Shown piece by piece: positions 14,499-27,146 of a stretch of DNA of 64,000 bases. The notes under the pieces are model-generated. The model was not told the DNA's origin, made no database searches, and saw only the letters and a list, made by a program, of their open reading frames with translations. How positions within the stretch are numbered: the stretch's first letter is position 1; each line of letters opens with the position of its first letter. A program made the position numbers and the translations under genes. Source of the stretch: Eledone cirrhosa (Eukaryota); contig OZ024745.1 of the NCBI GenBank assembly GCA_964016885.1, forward strand, positions 74,462,001 through 74,526,000, read 5' to 3'.

Positions 14499-17400
14499 GC
14501 TATCCCGAATATGCCGATTCAGATAAAAGCAGAACCAAGAGATGAAAGCGACAGCAGTGCTGTGGTAGCCTGCACTAATACCCCAGGTGGAGACAGTAAC
14601 AGCAACAATAACAATAATAATAATGCAAGCAGTACTTCAGCCTGCAGTAGTAGTGGTGGCAGTAGCAGTGGTGGAAGTGTCAGTTCGCTCTCAACGCAGT
14701 CACTACAACCATCCCAGAATGCCAGCAGTCGATTAGCTGGACCAGTCAACCATCAACGATCCTCCTCAAATGTGTTGTCTAACCGGTCACCATCAAACAC
14801 AAGCAGCTATGCCAACCCAGCTGCTGCTGTGGCTACAAGCCATGCACAGTCACAGTCACTGGCCAACACCAAGTCTACTGACAAACTCTCTGAAGAGGCC
14901 ATGGAAGCCCTGGAAAAACGTATTGATATCTCCAGTATTAAAGGTGTCTTTGGGTGGACCACTATTGATGGTATTAACATTCCTTTCATATTTAGAGAGG
15001 ATAAAAAATTTGTGAGTGTACGCATAGTGGAAGTGAAACTGTTCAGCCGGTACCCAAACTCCTTCCCAGATGAGCTGGGCAAGAGGGATCCTCTGACAAG
15101 TTACTTCATTACTGAACATGAGGCTAAACTTCTGAATGAAATAAATACAGTTCACTGTAGCTATGAGTATGGCAAACAGCTGTTTACTACACAAGATTTA
15201 ATCGTTAATATGGCTGAGTTTGAGCAGTTCCACGACATCGTGAAAAAGTCTTTTCCTACTGAAGACCAGCAAGAGGATACCCGGGCACATGACATGTCCT
15301 TGCCACGTAAGTCCGATCGGCCTCAGTTTATGGACTATTGTGGCTGGCTGCAAATCAACAACACCATCACACCCTATGTCGAAAGGTCTAATGGTGGAAA
15401 ATATGTTCCTTTGTCTGTGATACGTTATGCTGCTGGCCTACTAGCTGATAATCAAATCACTGGGGAGCCCCCAACGAAAATAGAGTGTGACATGCTGAAT
15501 GAAACTTGCAAAGTAGCTGGTTTCAATTTCTCATTTTGCAAAAGTACCAAATTGGTAAGCCTCAATACTATCAAGACATACCACAACCCTTTGATAATTG
15601 ATCTGCCCCAGGATAAACCTCTCACACACGCTCGCTATATAGACTTCAGTGGTAACCCTACTAAAAACTCAAACTTTTCTCCTCCACCTCCGCACTTAAG
15701 TGCTTTCCCCTCCCATATTTCAGTTTCCTCAGCTCTGTCAAGTACACAAGCTATGCATCCCTTTAATGCTGCATTGCCCCCCTATCCCAGAAACCCTAGT
15801 CCACGAGGAAATCCAACTCGGTCACCCATGACAAACAATCTTATTAATCCAAATATAGTCATTCCTAGTGGACTGAACCCAAACTTCCTAAATTTTGCCA
15901 AACAACAGCTACCTTTGAAAGTTCCCAGCAGTAATGAACAACAATCACTCCAACAACGAGCAAACTTTAGTACTTCCAATTCCATACTGGGAAATAGTCG
16001 GCTGCAATCTGAGCAGGCCAATCCTAACCAGCATGGCTTGCCAAATCCTAGCCAACTGCCTACATCAAAACAACATAACCCTCTTCATGTACTGAAAAGC
16101 TTTTTAACAAAAGGACATGTTGTTACCCAATCCTTGCCTTCAATTGTGTCGCAGGCAACTGGTGGCCAGTCAGTTATCCATCAGAGACCTGCCCATCAAA
16201 CTAGTCAGAATATCCTTGTGAGCCAACTACCAAGGCTACCCTCACCATCTATTTCTAATCCGGCCAATATGTATGCATCGAGTGGACCAATCCTTAGCGC
16301 CCTCAGTCAGCACCAATCCCAGGCATGGAACGCCGTTGTTAGTTCTTTACCTGGGAACTATGCCAACATAGCCCGCTACACTCAAGCCAACTCATCTGTA
16401 CGTATGCCTGTATCATCTGCATCATATCCCCATCCCATCAGTAACATTCCTGTCACAACAGCACCATCATTGCCTCAGGGCCACCATCCACCAAGTATAT
16501 ACGAGCAGTTGCTCTCCATTCCAGACACTCAAAGCACTGCTGTGGCTGGACTGTGGACACGGCCCAATGAAGCCAGTACTGCTAGCCAAGCTGTAGCAGC
16601 TCACTCTACTGTCCCCAGTCCCAACATGGTGGTGAGTAGTAGTGTCAACAAATCTCTCTCTCGGACATTGGCATCTAACATCCAAAATATAGCATCAGCA
16701 GCAGCAGCAGCAACTGGTTCCGGATCTTCAAACCATAACAGTATCTCAGCCAACTCTATGGTGCTGCATGCATCAAGTGTGCAACCCATCAACCTCACGT
16801 CATCGTCGCCTGTACCGACAACTAATAAGGTCTCCCAACAGCCGTCATCTTCACAGCAATCATCTTCACAGCAACAAGCTTCAACAGCTGAACAGATTTC
16901 GTATTCTTTATCTTCAACTCCAACAGCTACAGGTTCGGTTCAAGGAGATTCACAACCTCAACAGCCAGCAAACAAGCCCATGGATTCAGCCCTTGTGCAG
17001 CACATATCTAGCATTTTCTTGCGTGGCAAAAGTATATCATGCATTAACTCACCTAACCGCAGTGGTTCTTATGCATTGGTAGAAGCTGTCTGCAAGTTGT
17101 ACTACCCACAGTGCAGCATGAATGAGTTTCTATTTGCTCTAGAGAATGTACTGAAGGTTCCTCTCACAACCTGTACTGATGAAGAGGAAAAGGCTTTTAT
17201 TCAGTACTACAGTCTTCCAGTTTCTGTTCTCAAGTGCAATAAGATCATAAAGCTGGGCACCTTAGAAAGTCACTTCCCACAGTTGACTTACATGTTTTGC
17301 AAAGGACAGGATTCAGCTTCTGCATCTTCTAACTCCACTAGTGATACAGTACAGCAAACTCCCACTGTTGACACTGAAAAGGTCCAAAGTGATTCTTTAA

Positions 17401-18137
17401 ATTCCCTTCCTTCTAATCTGGCCGTTATTACAACTACCACAACCACATCAACATCCACTCCTCTCTCAACTGCATCCGGTACCACATTGTCACCGTTGTC
17501 TTCAACTCCCGTACCAATAACAGCAGAGAATGATAGTGATGATGTTGTCCTTGATTGTAGCACAAAGTCATCTCCAGTGCTTGTCACTACAACTGATGGC
17601 TCTCCAGTGCAGGGATCAAGCAACGGACCGAAAGATAGCACTTCGTCTTCTTCCTCAATGATATCCTCTTCCTATTCACAGTCGTCAGTAGTATCTTCAA
17701 CTAGTTCTTCAACAGCAGCTGCCTCATCAACAGCAGCACTGTCCCCATCATCATCATCAACAGCAGCGTCAGCAGCATCTCCTCCCCGAGTACCTCCAAC
17801 ACTTGTCACCACTGCTGCTACATTGACCAATTCTTCTACTGTGGCATCGGACAAAGCCAAAAGTGGGAACCCAGTCAACAACAGTGGTGATGGCAGTTAT
17901 GTGACAGCTATACCGTTGATAAGTTTGGCCGATGTGCAAAAGTTGAATGAACCCCAGCTGAATTCTATCCTTTCACACACCTCTCTAAAACGACATGGTA
18001 ACCCTCTGGCATCCGGCCCGACTAAGTCGCCTTGCAGGAGCCTGGAGGAAACTGTCCAACGGTTACATCAGACTCAAAGTTCCCCCTTAGCTAACGCTGC
18101 CAGTGTGCAGATTTGTCAAACAGACTCTGGTAAGTAA
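14499..18137 (+). CDS. Large coding exon of an uncharacterised probable nuclear/transcriptional regulator (~1200 aa). Low-complexity S/T/P/Q linkers separate three globular domains resembling Ski/Sno/Dachshund homology domains.
   Basis: 1222-codon ORF in otherwise stop-rich DNA. A polypyrimidine tract plus ttgcag acceptor ends at 14498, so the track's ATG at 14469 is probably intronic; the first in-exon ATG is 14511 (MPIQIKAEP). A canonical donor G|GTAAGT at 18129/18130 overlaps the stop TAA (18135-18137). Globular segments lie at ~14943-15255, ~15336-15647 and ~17001-17298. Confidence 0.9.
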   Translation, partial: AIPNMPIQIKAEPRDESDSSAVVACTNTPGGDSNSNNNNNNNASSTSACSSSGGSSSGGSVSSLSTQSLQPSQNASSRLAGPVNHQRSSSNVLSNRSPSNTSSYANPAAAVATSHAQSQSLANTKSTDKLSEEAMEALEKRIDISSIKGVFGWTTIDGINIPFIFREDKKFVSVRIVEVKLFSRYPNSFPDELGKRDPLTSYFITEHEAKLLNEINTVHCSYEYGKQLFTTQDLIVNMAEFEQFHDIVKKSFPTEDQQEDTRAHDMSLPRKSDRPQFMDYCGWLQINNTITPYVERSNGGKYVPLSVIRYAAGLLADNQITGEPPTKIECDMLNETCKVAGFNFSFCKSTKLVSLNTIKTYHNPLIIDLPQDKPLTHARYIDFSGNPTKNSNFSPPPPHLSAFPSHISVSSALSSTQAMHPFNAALPPYPRNPSPRGNPTRSPMTNNLINPNIVIPSGLNPNFLNFAKQQLPLKVPSSNEQQSLQQRANFSTSNSILGNSRLQSEQANPNQHGLPNPSQLPTSKQHNPLHVLKSFLTKGHVVTQSLPSIVSQATGGQSVIHQRPAHQTSQNILVSQLPRLPSPSISNPANMYASSGPILSALSQHQSQAWNAVVSSLPGNYANIARYTQANSSVRMPVSSASYPHPISNIPVTTAPSLPQGHHPPSIYEQLLSIPDTQSTAVAGLWTRPNEASTASQAVAAHSTVPSPNMVVSSSVNKSLSRTLASNIQNIASAAAAATGSGSSNHNSISANSMVLHASSVQPINLTSSSPVPTTNKVSQQPSSSQQSSSQQQASTAEQISYSLSSTPTATGSVQGDSQPQQPANKPMDSALVQHISSIFLRGKSISCINSPNRSGSYALVEAVCKLYYPQCSMNEFLFALENVLKVPLTTCTDEEEKAFIQYYSLPVSVLKCNKIIKLGTLESHFPQLTYMFCKGQDSASASSNSTSDTVQQTPTVDTEKVQSDSLNSLPSNLAVITTTTTTSTSTPLSTASGTTLSPLSSTPVPITAENDSDDVVLDCSTKSSPVLVTTTDGSPVQGSSNGPKDSTSSSSSMISSSYSQSSVVSSTSSSTAAASSTAALSPSSSSTAASAASPPRVPPTLVTTAATLTNSSTVASDKAKSGNPVNNSGDGSYVTAIPLISLADVQKLNEPQLNSILSHTSLKRHGNPLASGPTKSPCRSLEETVQRLHQTQSSPLANAASVQICQTDSGK

Positions 18138-18568
18138 CATTGGTAAAAAAACCAACCCAACCCACTCTCCCTCTTTCTTCTTCTTCTTCTTTTGACTCAC
18201 AAGGAGATTATAAAAAAATATAAAAAATCACACCACCAAGAACAGCTGCAAAATATAAAACAAAAACTAAAAAAAAAAAATTTGGAAAAAAACAAAAACC
18301 TTACCTCTAGTAGGAACAGCAACCAGATTCATATTTACAAACAGACAGAAATATAGAATAAACTGTTATTGAGATGAGTTTAAAAAGTAAGTTAAAAAGA
18401 TTTTAAAAAAAGACCAGAACAAAAGAAAAATAAATAAAAAATACATCATATGCCAAAAAACCTAAGCTGGTATCAGTATTTTTTTCTCCATCCTTAATTG
18501 AATATCACTTTAGGTGTTTTGTTTCAGTTCTGATACTTCCTTGCACTATTATTACTTTTCTTTTGCAG

Positions 18569-18591
18569 AATCCGGTAATCTCTTTTGCTGA
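18569..18591 (+). CDS. Candidate short terminal coding exon of the same gene (adds ESGNLFC*)
   Basis: Strong acceptor ttacttttcttttgcag ending at 18568. A phase-1 join to the donor at 18129 reads GAA TCC GGT AAT CTC TTT TGC TGA. Confidence 0.45.
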
Positions 18592-18729
18592 TGGAATTCT
18601 ATTAATACATGTTTGATATTAACTATTGTTTGATAATTAAGTAATGTTTTGATAAACACCACACTTTCAACAATGAGAGAATTTAGTATTGATATATGTG
18701 TAATGTGAGTATGTGTGTGTGTATTTCAC

Positions 18730-19077
18730 ATGTAGGTGTCACGACAAAAAGTACCCAGTCCCCTCTATAAAATGGTCGTGTAGGTGTCATGACAAAAAGT
18801 ACCCAGTTCACATTGTAAAGTGACCATGTAGGTGCTATGTCAAAAAGCACCCAGTCCACACTGTAAAGTGGTTGTGTAGGTGTCATGACAAAAATTGCCC
18901 AGTCCACTCTGTGAATGTGGTTGGCATTAGAAGGGCATCCAGCATTAGAAACCAAGCCAAAATCAGTATGAGTAAAGGCACAGTCATCTGATCTGGCTCA
19001 GTTTACAATGGGACAACTTGTTTAACCCATGCCAACATGAAAAAAATGGACGTTAAATGATGATGATGATGATGATG
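18730..19077 (+). mobile_element. SINE-like family C (other copies at ~19655-19815, 29100-29335, 29437-29615, 32095-32240-, 32660-32870, 48590-48845, 59278-59640-, 60905-60995-)
   Basis: Same ~42-bp tandem units and (GAT)n tail. Confidence 0.8.
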
Positions 19078-20099
19078 TATTGAGGTTTTGTGCATTTTCT
19101 GGTGGATTTTCAGCTGAGTTGTGATTATTGGTTACTATATTTTTAGGTACGTGTGTGTATAAATTCAAGTATGTACATATATATGAGAGAAAGATAGATT
19201 TTGATGTCCATGTATACGTAATATATTTTCAAAGGTATATGAGTGTATATTTAAAAGGTGTGCAGATTTCTATATACAACTTAGGTTAGTGTTTGTGAAA
19301 TGAAAAAGTGCAGCTTCCTATATCAAAGAAACCAAAATACTTTAAAATTCATACTTGCAGGATATTATTATAAATATTCATTGCAAGATGGGTTTTCAGG
19401 TAAATATAAAAGTAAGTTAAAAAGAAAATAAAGACCTAAAATATGTTTAACTGGTTACATTTCTAAAAGGTTTTGCTACCAATTCTTTTTCTTCAAATAA
19501 ACTGTGGCATGTGGAATAAAGTGTCTAGCCTCAACAAAACATACCAAAGTGGATTTGAACTGTTAATCCTATACATTATTCACTACATTATTTTCTCTCA
19601 ACAAATATTAATCTGACAGTGAGATGATTGTTGTTCTACCCCTATATAGTAAATAGTGCTGGTGACACAAAAAATGTTCCCAGTACACACTGTAAAGTGG
19701 TTGGCATTAGGAAGAACATTCAGCCCCCAAAAACCAAGCCAAAAATGGAACATATGAACAAGACGGGAGCCACCTGACTTGTCTAGTCTCACAATGTTAT
19801 AACTCGATGATGATGCCAATGAAGGAATGCTAGATCCCTACTCTGGATTATAGTAAGCTATCTATTTGTGGCCTCTTAGTCATTACTAAAGGAATGGCAG
19901 AATTGCTAACTCTGAACATCTTGTAATATTTAATTGCATTCTTAGTTGGAATCCAGCTGAGATCAACTTTGCTTTTCATCAAGTACAAGTCAGTTCTGAA
20001 ATCAGTTACTGTCATTAATATGATTTTTCAAATTATTAACTGCATATTTGGAGTACATATTTATGTGTATGTGTAGACCCGTAACTCCTGAGGGAGTCA

Positions 20100-20860
20100 T
20101 AGGGGCACTGTATTGACATATAGCATTTCTAGGGCATTTTTCGTTTTAAACCTGGCAGAGCCCATCCCCTCTCCAGATCTGAATGCAGCAGATTTCATCC
20201 AGAGAAGATACATAGTAAGAGTGAGGAAATGAGAAAGAGATATAGAGGAAGAATCAACCCCTGTACTTGAGTGGTAATTTTGTTTAAACAACCTCAAAAG
20301 GATGAAAGGCAAAGTTGACGTCATCGAGATTTGAACTCGGAGAAAGATAGTAGAGAGCTGTAACAAATACCCCAAAGCATTCTATCCAACGTTCTAACTG
20401 CTAATTCACTGCCTATTTATATTTGCTCTAAAGATGAGAATCTGAAAAATTATACCAGTGACGTACTAGGAAGCAATTCAAATTACTACACTTTGCTGCT
20501 AAATGTATGTTAGAACATTGGACAAATGCTTTTCAGTATTCTAATCCCACTAAGATCAATTTTACTTTTCATTTTTTTACAGTTGATAAAATAAAGTACC
20601 AGTCAAGTACTGGGGCTTGCTGTGATCAACTTACCCCTCCCCACAAGTTGTTAGCATTGTGCTTAATTAGAAATCAATATTATTACTATTGACAGTATCG
20701 GTAGAGCGTTGGACAACATGCTTTGCTGCATAGTTTCGGCCCTTTATGTTCTAAGTTCAAATCCCACCGAGGTTAGCTTTGCCTTTGATGGGGTCGATTT
20801 AATCTACTTTCCCCTAATCCAAAATTGTTGGCCTTGCTCCTAAATTAGAAATAATTATTA
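20100..20860. mobile_element. Cluster of diverged family A-like SINEs (one on -, two on +)
   Basis: Repeated B-box and gataaaataaagtaccag cores. Confidence 0.65.
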
Positions 20861-23800
20861 TTACTATTATTAATGAAGTAATGAATGTAGTTAAGATGAA
20901 AATTCTTGTGGCTTATAGTTACATTCAAAACATGTTTTCCATGTCTATAAAATACGTGTTGGACATCAATCTATGGTGACAGAATCAGTAGAGTGTTAAA
21001 CTAAACATCTTAGTATTTAGTTATGTTCCTTTACAATCTTAGTTCAAATATCCTGTGACTAACTTGATAAAATAAGTACCTGTTGATTTGCTCATATGTG
21101 CTCTCCACAAAATGTTTGGCTTTCTGCCTAATATTAAGGTCATGCAAAGTCAGAAATAGTGTATCAATCTAAATGGTATGTAAAAGATAAGGGTAAAGAC
21201 TCCCTTTGGTCACGTGACCATGGGATTTGCACCTAGAAAGTTTCCGCTCCAAGGCACAAGTCAGGGCAACGTTTATAGGAGAAAAGCAGTCACCCATGCA
21301 TGCCAGTCTCCCCACTCCATGTCACCAATGTTGTCCAAGGGAAAGGCAAAGGCTAATACAACTCGCCGCCAGAGATGTAACTCATTTCGTAATCTGGAGT
21401 AATCTGAAAGAAAGTGTCTTGCTCAAGGGCATAACACATCACTCAGTCCAAGAATCAAACTCACAACCTCACGATTGCAAGCCTAATGCTCTATCCCCTA
21501 AGCCATGTACCTTCCCTAAAATGCTATGTAGCACTGCAATATTTAGTCTGTCTAACCCATGCTAGTGTGGAACATAGATGTTAAACAATGCTGATGATGA
21601 TGAATTCCTCTCTTATCTCATTAAATCTCAATAAAACCTAAATGTGAATGAAAACAGCACAATTAATATTGGGACCAGTAATAATGGGGAGTGTAAAAAT
21701 CTGACTTTCCTGAATTACCAACATATAATGCTTCAAAATAGGTAACTATACACCTTGAAATTTTGCATTTTTAAATAAGCAGTCTTGAGATTTCTATTTT
21801 GAACATCGGAGATTCCATTTGTACAAAAGGAAAAAAAAATCTTCCTTCCTCCATTTCTTCTTTACTAACAAAATGTATAATGTTTCATCTTGAAAATATA
21901 ATTTCTTACAATTTATAGAAAATGCCAACTTTCATCGTCGAGGGGAAAATATGACTGTCACATTTATATATCTCTTTATAATATTTATGAGCAATATTCT
22001 AAATGTATTTAGTCTTAGCACCCCCCACCCCCATAATCCCACTTCGGTTACGAATGACCATGGTTTTGCATCTAGAAAGTTCCCCTCTGAGGCACAAGGT
22101 ATGTTTGTGGAGGTCCAGCAGTTGCCTATGCAAACGAACCTTCCCTCTCCACACCCGTGATGTTGTCCAAGTGAAAGGCAATGGCTGATACAGCTTGGTG
22201 CTAGTAACATTGCAACTCATTTCTACAGCTGAGTGAACTGGAACAAAGTGAAATAAAGTGTTTTGTTGAAGAACACAACACATTACCTGGTTCGGAAATT
22301 GGACTCACGACCTCACAATTGCAAGCCATTTGCATTCTGCATTCTAATGCTACTAAGATCAATTTTATTTTTCATTCTTTTAAGGTTGATAAAATAAAGA
22401 ACCAATAGTGTATATATAATGCACCAGTTTTATATACTATATTATTATATTACATAGATATAGACAAAAAAATCAATATCAACACACAAATGATCATAAG
22501 ATATATCTGATAGATAGAATGAATTAGAAAAAGTGAACCAGAATAATATAAAATTGGGGACAACAGCAATACAGACATTTTTCTACAAGATAAAATGAGA
22601 TTTAACAATGAACAGAAATTTTGAAAATATGCAATTTCCTGGTGCTCGCTTCATTTCATTATGCCACAAAAATTTGATACTGCAAAGCTCAAATATATTC
22701 TCTCAAGTATCAAACATTCTTTTAAATTTCCTTTTCAGGCAATTCCACAAGGATTAAATATTCTTCAATGTTCAAAACATAGAAATCTGAAGACTGATTT
22801 TGAAAAAAAATAAAAAATTGAAAATGTTCAAGTGGGGATGGGGGTTATGATTTATCTATTTGTTTCAGTAATTCCAAGTTAGAATTTTGCATTCTCCATT
22901 GCTGCTGATCCCAACTTTAACTATTTCATTACCATGTTTATTATGAAAAACTGTCAATGTGTTTCAAATAATTTTGAAAATAATCAAAAATTTGGAGGGA
23001 TTTCATTGACTTAAAAGTTTTTACTTAAAGAGTTTTGTATTGCAGGACCAGGAGTGGTTTGGTAATTATGTTGTTTTTACCCACCAAAATTGACTTTCAT
23101 CCTTCCAGAATCAATAAAGTAAGTACTAGGTGTCTATTGGGGGCAATTCAATTGATTATATAGCACTCTCCTATAATTTGTGATCTTGCACTAAAGTAAG
23201 AAATACTAACAACATTAATATGTAAGCAATTTGATTATTGGTTTATTCACCTATTTCATGCACACAAAGAACAACTGAAACTAATGATGGAAAATGTCCA
23301 CAGCACACCTGAACATTATTAATGTTTTTTTTAAGTATTTCGAGTAGCAAGAATGGTATAGTACTAGTCTAAAGCTTTCATGACTGCATCTCTAATGAAA
23401 TATACTCTATTTTAATTAATGAAGAATTATTTATTATTTCATTGGTAAGATAGTAACTTAATGTAAGGTTCTTATATAAAATTATGTTGGAAGATTGAAA
23501 ACCTTTAAAATGGATGGTTTTTATTTCATAGAACCAGAGCTGGTTTTGGCTGAGTTGGTAACTAAAGGGTCAAATATGATATACTTTACAATATTTAGTT
23601 GTGTCCCTTAACCATTCTAAGTTCAAATCTTATTGAGATAAACTTTCCTTTTCAGGTTTATGGATTAAATAATAACTGTACAAGTACTGGGTCATCTCAG
23701 TCTGTATATACTCTAATCTAAGCCACCACTATTTTATGTTTGAAAATGGGCAAAAATCCAAACTTCGTGTTTAGATGGCACAGTTTTGAAATTCTCATGA

Positions 23801-24363
23801 GGAGAATATATTTATGAAGTTTTAATATTTTGATATTTAAAATCTTTTGAGTATAGTTTTTGTTTCCCAACTCAATAACAATGATTTTTTTACCTTTTCA
23901 TCTGTTTTATGAAATTTCAACAAGTTTCTCAAATGTTTGTTTACTTCCAACCACTCACATGCTGGGCGTAGTTGAAAGCAAGAAAATTTTGTTTAGGACT
24001 TCATGGAGTAGAAAAGGGGAGGAAAGACAGCAAATGAGAAATAAAGGGGGTGGCAGACACAGTAAAAAAGAGGGTGAGATTAATAGAAAAGAGAAAGCAA
24101 GAGCAATAAAACACAAATCAAAAGTAAGGTTGAAAGGAAAAGAAACAGCTGGTGTCTGTGCATGTATGTGTAGGGGATATATATTAAAATGGTCAAATTA
24201 TAAAAATTTGGGTGGAATATTCTCATGGGAGTGCATGATGATGTAAATGTAGAAAAACTGTTTCATTCTAAAATTCAGATATTTTAGCACCTTATTTACA
24301 TAGAATTTGAAGTTGATGAAAATCAGCAAAATATTGACCCAGAATATAAGCCATTTTACCATC

Positions 24364-24409
<46 letters not shown>

Positions 24410-24484
24410 ATATTTCTACATATTTATCATCTTATATACAGTACATCTATCCTTTGCAAATGTGGTCTTATGAAAAATCCTTAA

Positions 24485-25037
24485 CTCTTTCTTCCCTGAC
24501 AGCTGCCACTGATTACCTGTCTAAACAGCATTATGGTATTTTGACACTAGTTCCCTAAGCCGAATAGTGAAAATCGATAGTTACTTAAGATGCCTGTACA
24601 AAATTTCTCTTAAGTTTATAAATAATAAAGATAAAAACATAAAATTTTCAGTGAAGGTTCAAAACAAAATTTTTGAAAGGATATTGCAAAAAAAATTAAT
24701 TATATTTACATTTTGTTAAATTAAATAAACAGTTTAGTATGAACAAAAACATGAAGAAACATTTTCTTTAACTTTTTACATATAGTTTGAGATTAAATAA
24801 TAGAAAGAAAAAAATCTATTTCGTTTTTCTCAGAGTCTAAAATATTTACTGATTTCAGATTTCCTTTGAATATGTTAACATCAACTTTTGAGAACCAATA
24901 ACTCTATTCTAAAGTCAGTTTGTCATCACTGCTGTCGTCTCAGTTCCTGTGCAAATTCATTATTGATACATCTTTATCAGAGTTAGATTCAGACATTAAA
25001 TCAATATCTGATAGATTCTCTTAATTTTCCTATATTT

Positions 25038-25078
<41 letters not shown>

Positions 25079-25442
25079 TCAACTTCATCAATTTCTGTAA
25101 ATCCTTCGAAAATATAATCGCTTTCACTATCCGACGCCATGTTTTGTTTCTTTTTTTTTTTTTTTTTTATTTTCCTTCTGAAAACAACATGGTTCTGTCT
25201 CACATGTAATTTGTATCTAACTACCACAATGTTAAAATTATTCATAAAACACTCCCTGGTTGGTTCAAAGTAAGTATAGCTTTCTAATTCAACCAATCAC
25301 TGAGTATTTTACATCAGAAATGAACACACTTCAAAGCACAACTCTTGGCGGGATTTGACTGCTGTAGCAAAACATTAACATCAATAGGTAGGATTTGCCT
25401 AAATGAAAATTTTAACATTAGGCAGGATTAGGGAAGAAAGAG
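24485..25442 (-). mobile_element. Internally deleted piggyBac-like DNA transposon relic
   Basis: 13-bp perfect TIRs CTCTTTCTTCCCT (after TTAA at 24481) and AGGGAAGAAAGAG. Contains an acidic start MASDSESDYIFEGFTEIDE reminiscent of piggyBac transposase N-termini. The right TTAA is missing. Confidence 0.5.
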
Positions 25443-26545
25443 AAAGGATTTAAGTTTTACAAATGATAACATACCAAACCTAATTAGTATTCTCATCATC
25501 ACTTTTTGTTTACTTTCCAAGTTGACATTGGTTGGATGACTTGTTACAGGTCAGATAACTATGCCTTGCTCATACGTTCCAGATTTTGGCATGGTTTTTA
25601 CAGCTGGATTTAGTTTTATATTTCTACATTCCATGTTCAAATTTTGCTAATTCTTGCCATTCATCCTTCTCACATTGATAGTATTAGTATCAACGATCAG
25701 TTAAATAAACTGGTGGTGTACTTCCCCAAAATGTGTCCCCCTGTGCTTGGATTAGAAGTCATTTCTATTATCATCCTCTCCTTCAACATCAATGGTTACT
25801 TGTCACTATTTTTTACCCACTACTTTCAGTAAGAATATTTGTAGGACATCAATTGTTTTAAAGATGTTCTTCAGCTTTGTTTTCTTTCAAGCATTAACTG
25901 ATAATAATTCCATTTTAACTGTCTGAAAATTGACACATCATCTGAGAATGATTGGGGTCTTATCCAGGAAATTGATCTTTCATCTTAACATCTTAAAACT
26001 TGAGCTAAACAATGATGCTGAAAATCCTTTCTGTTTTCAGAAAACATTTATATAAAGCCCTATGTATAACTGGACACAAACTACTACTAACCCATCAGTT
26101 GATAAATGAACATTGTAATGATACAGTCCATTGTGACTGCACATTGATAGAAATACCAATGTATTGGTTGTGGATTTGTTCCCTCACAATGCAAGCATGC
26201 TAAATAATGTTTCATTATACAGCTAGCTATGATAGTGAAAAGTAATACATTGAGATTCTGGAATACATAATCATAACAAAACGTATTGCCACTCTTCATT
26301 TTATAAGCAACTATCTTTATAACTAGACCAACTCTACTGCAAACAATAGCATTTAAAAGGCTAGAGTTATTTGCTGAGAGCTTAATCATTTGTCACATGT
26401 TCTTGCTATCCTCTAAAACATTGATTTTTCACAGTAGGTGCTATTGTTTCTCAAGGCACTATAAGTGATGGTATTTTTGTGAGGATATTGTTTATTGTTA
26501 TCTCTTTGAAACTTCCTGTATTATTATCATATAAAGTGTTAAAGG

Positions 26546-26758
26546 TGGTTGATTGGCAGTATCGGTAGAGCGTCGGACAACATGCTTTGCAGCATAGAGT
26601 TGCGGCCCTTTACTTTCTGAGTTCAAATCCTGCCGGGATTAGCTTTGCCTTTCATCCTTACATGGTCAATAAAATAAAGTACCAGTCACGCACAGGAGTT
26701 GATTTAATCACCTTTCCCCTAAAATTGCTGGTCTTGTGCTTCAATCAGAAACCATTAT
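26546..26758 (+). mobile_element. SINE family A
   Basis: Same head, B-box and core. Confidence 0.8.
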
Positions 26759-26961
26759 CATGTATAGTGTTGTGTTGTGTGACTAAACCTTCTGGCTAAT
26801 TATATAGATAGGAGAAACTGGTGCTGAGATGTTGGGAAATTATTTTCCGTTTGTGAGTTGGAATAAATATTGTTCCCAGTCTGACTGTGATCCTTCCCAT
26901 TCATTTACTTTGACACCAACTGAGTATTTAAGGCATGAATACCTTTCAATATTACCAGAAG

Positions 26962-27146
26962 GGCGGTGAATTGGCAGTATCGGTAGAGGGTCGGGTGCCA
27001 TGCTTTGCAGCACAGTTACGTCCCTTTACGGACTGAGTTCAAATCCCGCCAAGGTTAACTTTGCTTTTCCTCCTTACGGGGTCGATAAAATAAAGTACCA
27101 GTAATACACTGGCATAATTGCTGGCCTTGTGCCAAAAGTAGAAACA
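26962..27146 (+). mobile_element. tRNA-derived SINE family A, full length with 14-bp TSD
   Basis: A-box-like TGGCAGTATCGGT, B-box GAGTTCAAATCC, core ggggtcgataaaataaagtaccag (Nin/Deu-like). TSD AATATTACCAGAAG at 26948 and 27147. Confidence 0.9.

Noticed and set aside
14519-17881. Several antisense and alternate-frame ORFs over the large exon
   Set aside because: Shadow ORFs of the real coding frame.
25850-26450. Possible decayed coding or transposase sequence (also ~9900-10330 and ~35405-35650)
   Set aside because: Only vague peptide resemblance and no diagnostic motif identifiable without a search.
26962-27050. tRNA-like A/B boxes as tRNA genes
   Set aside because: They are SINE heads with no cloverleaf, and they continue into core and tail sequences.
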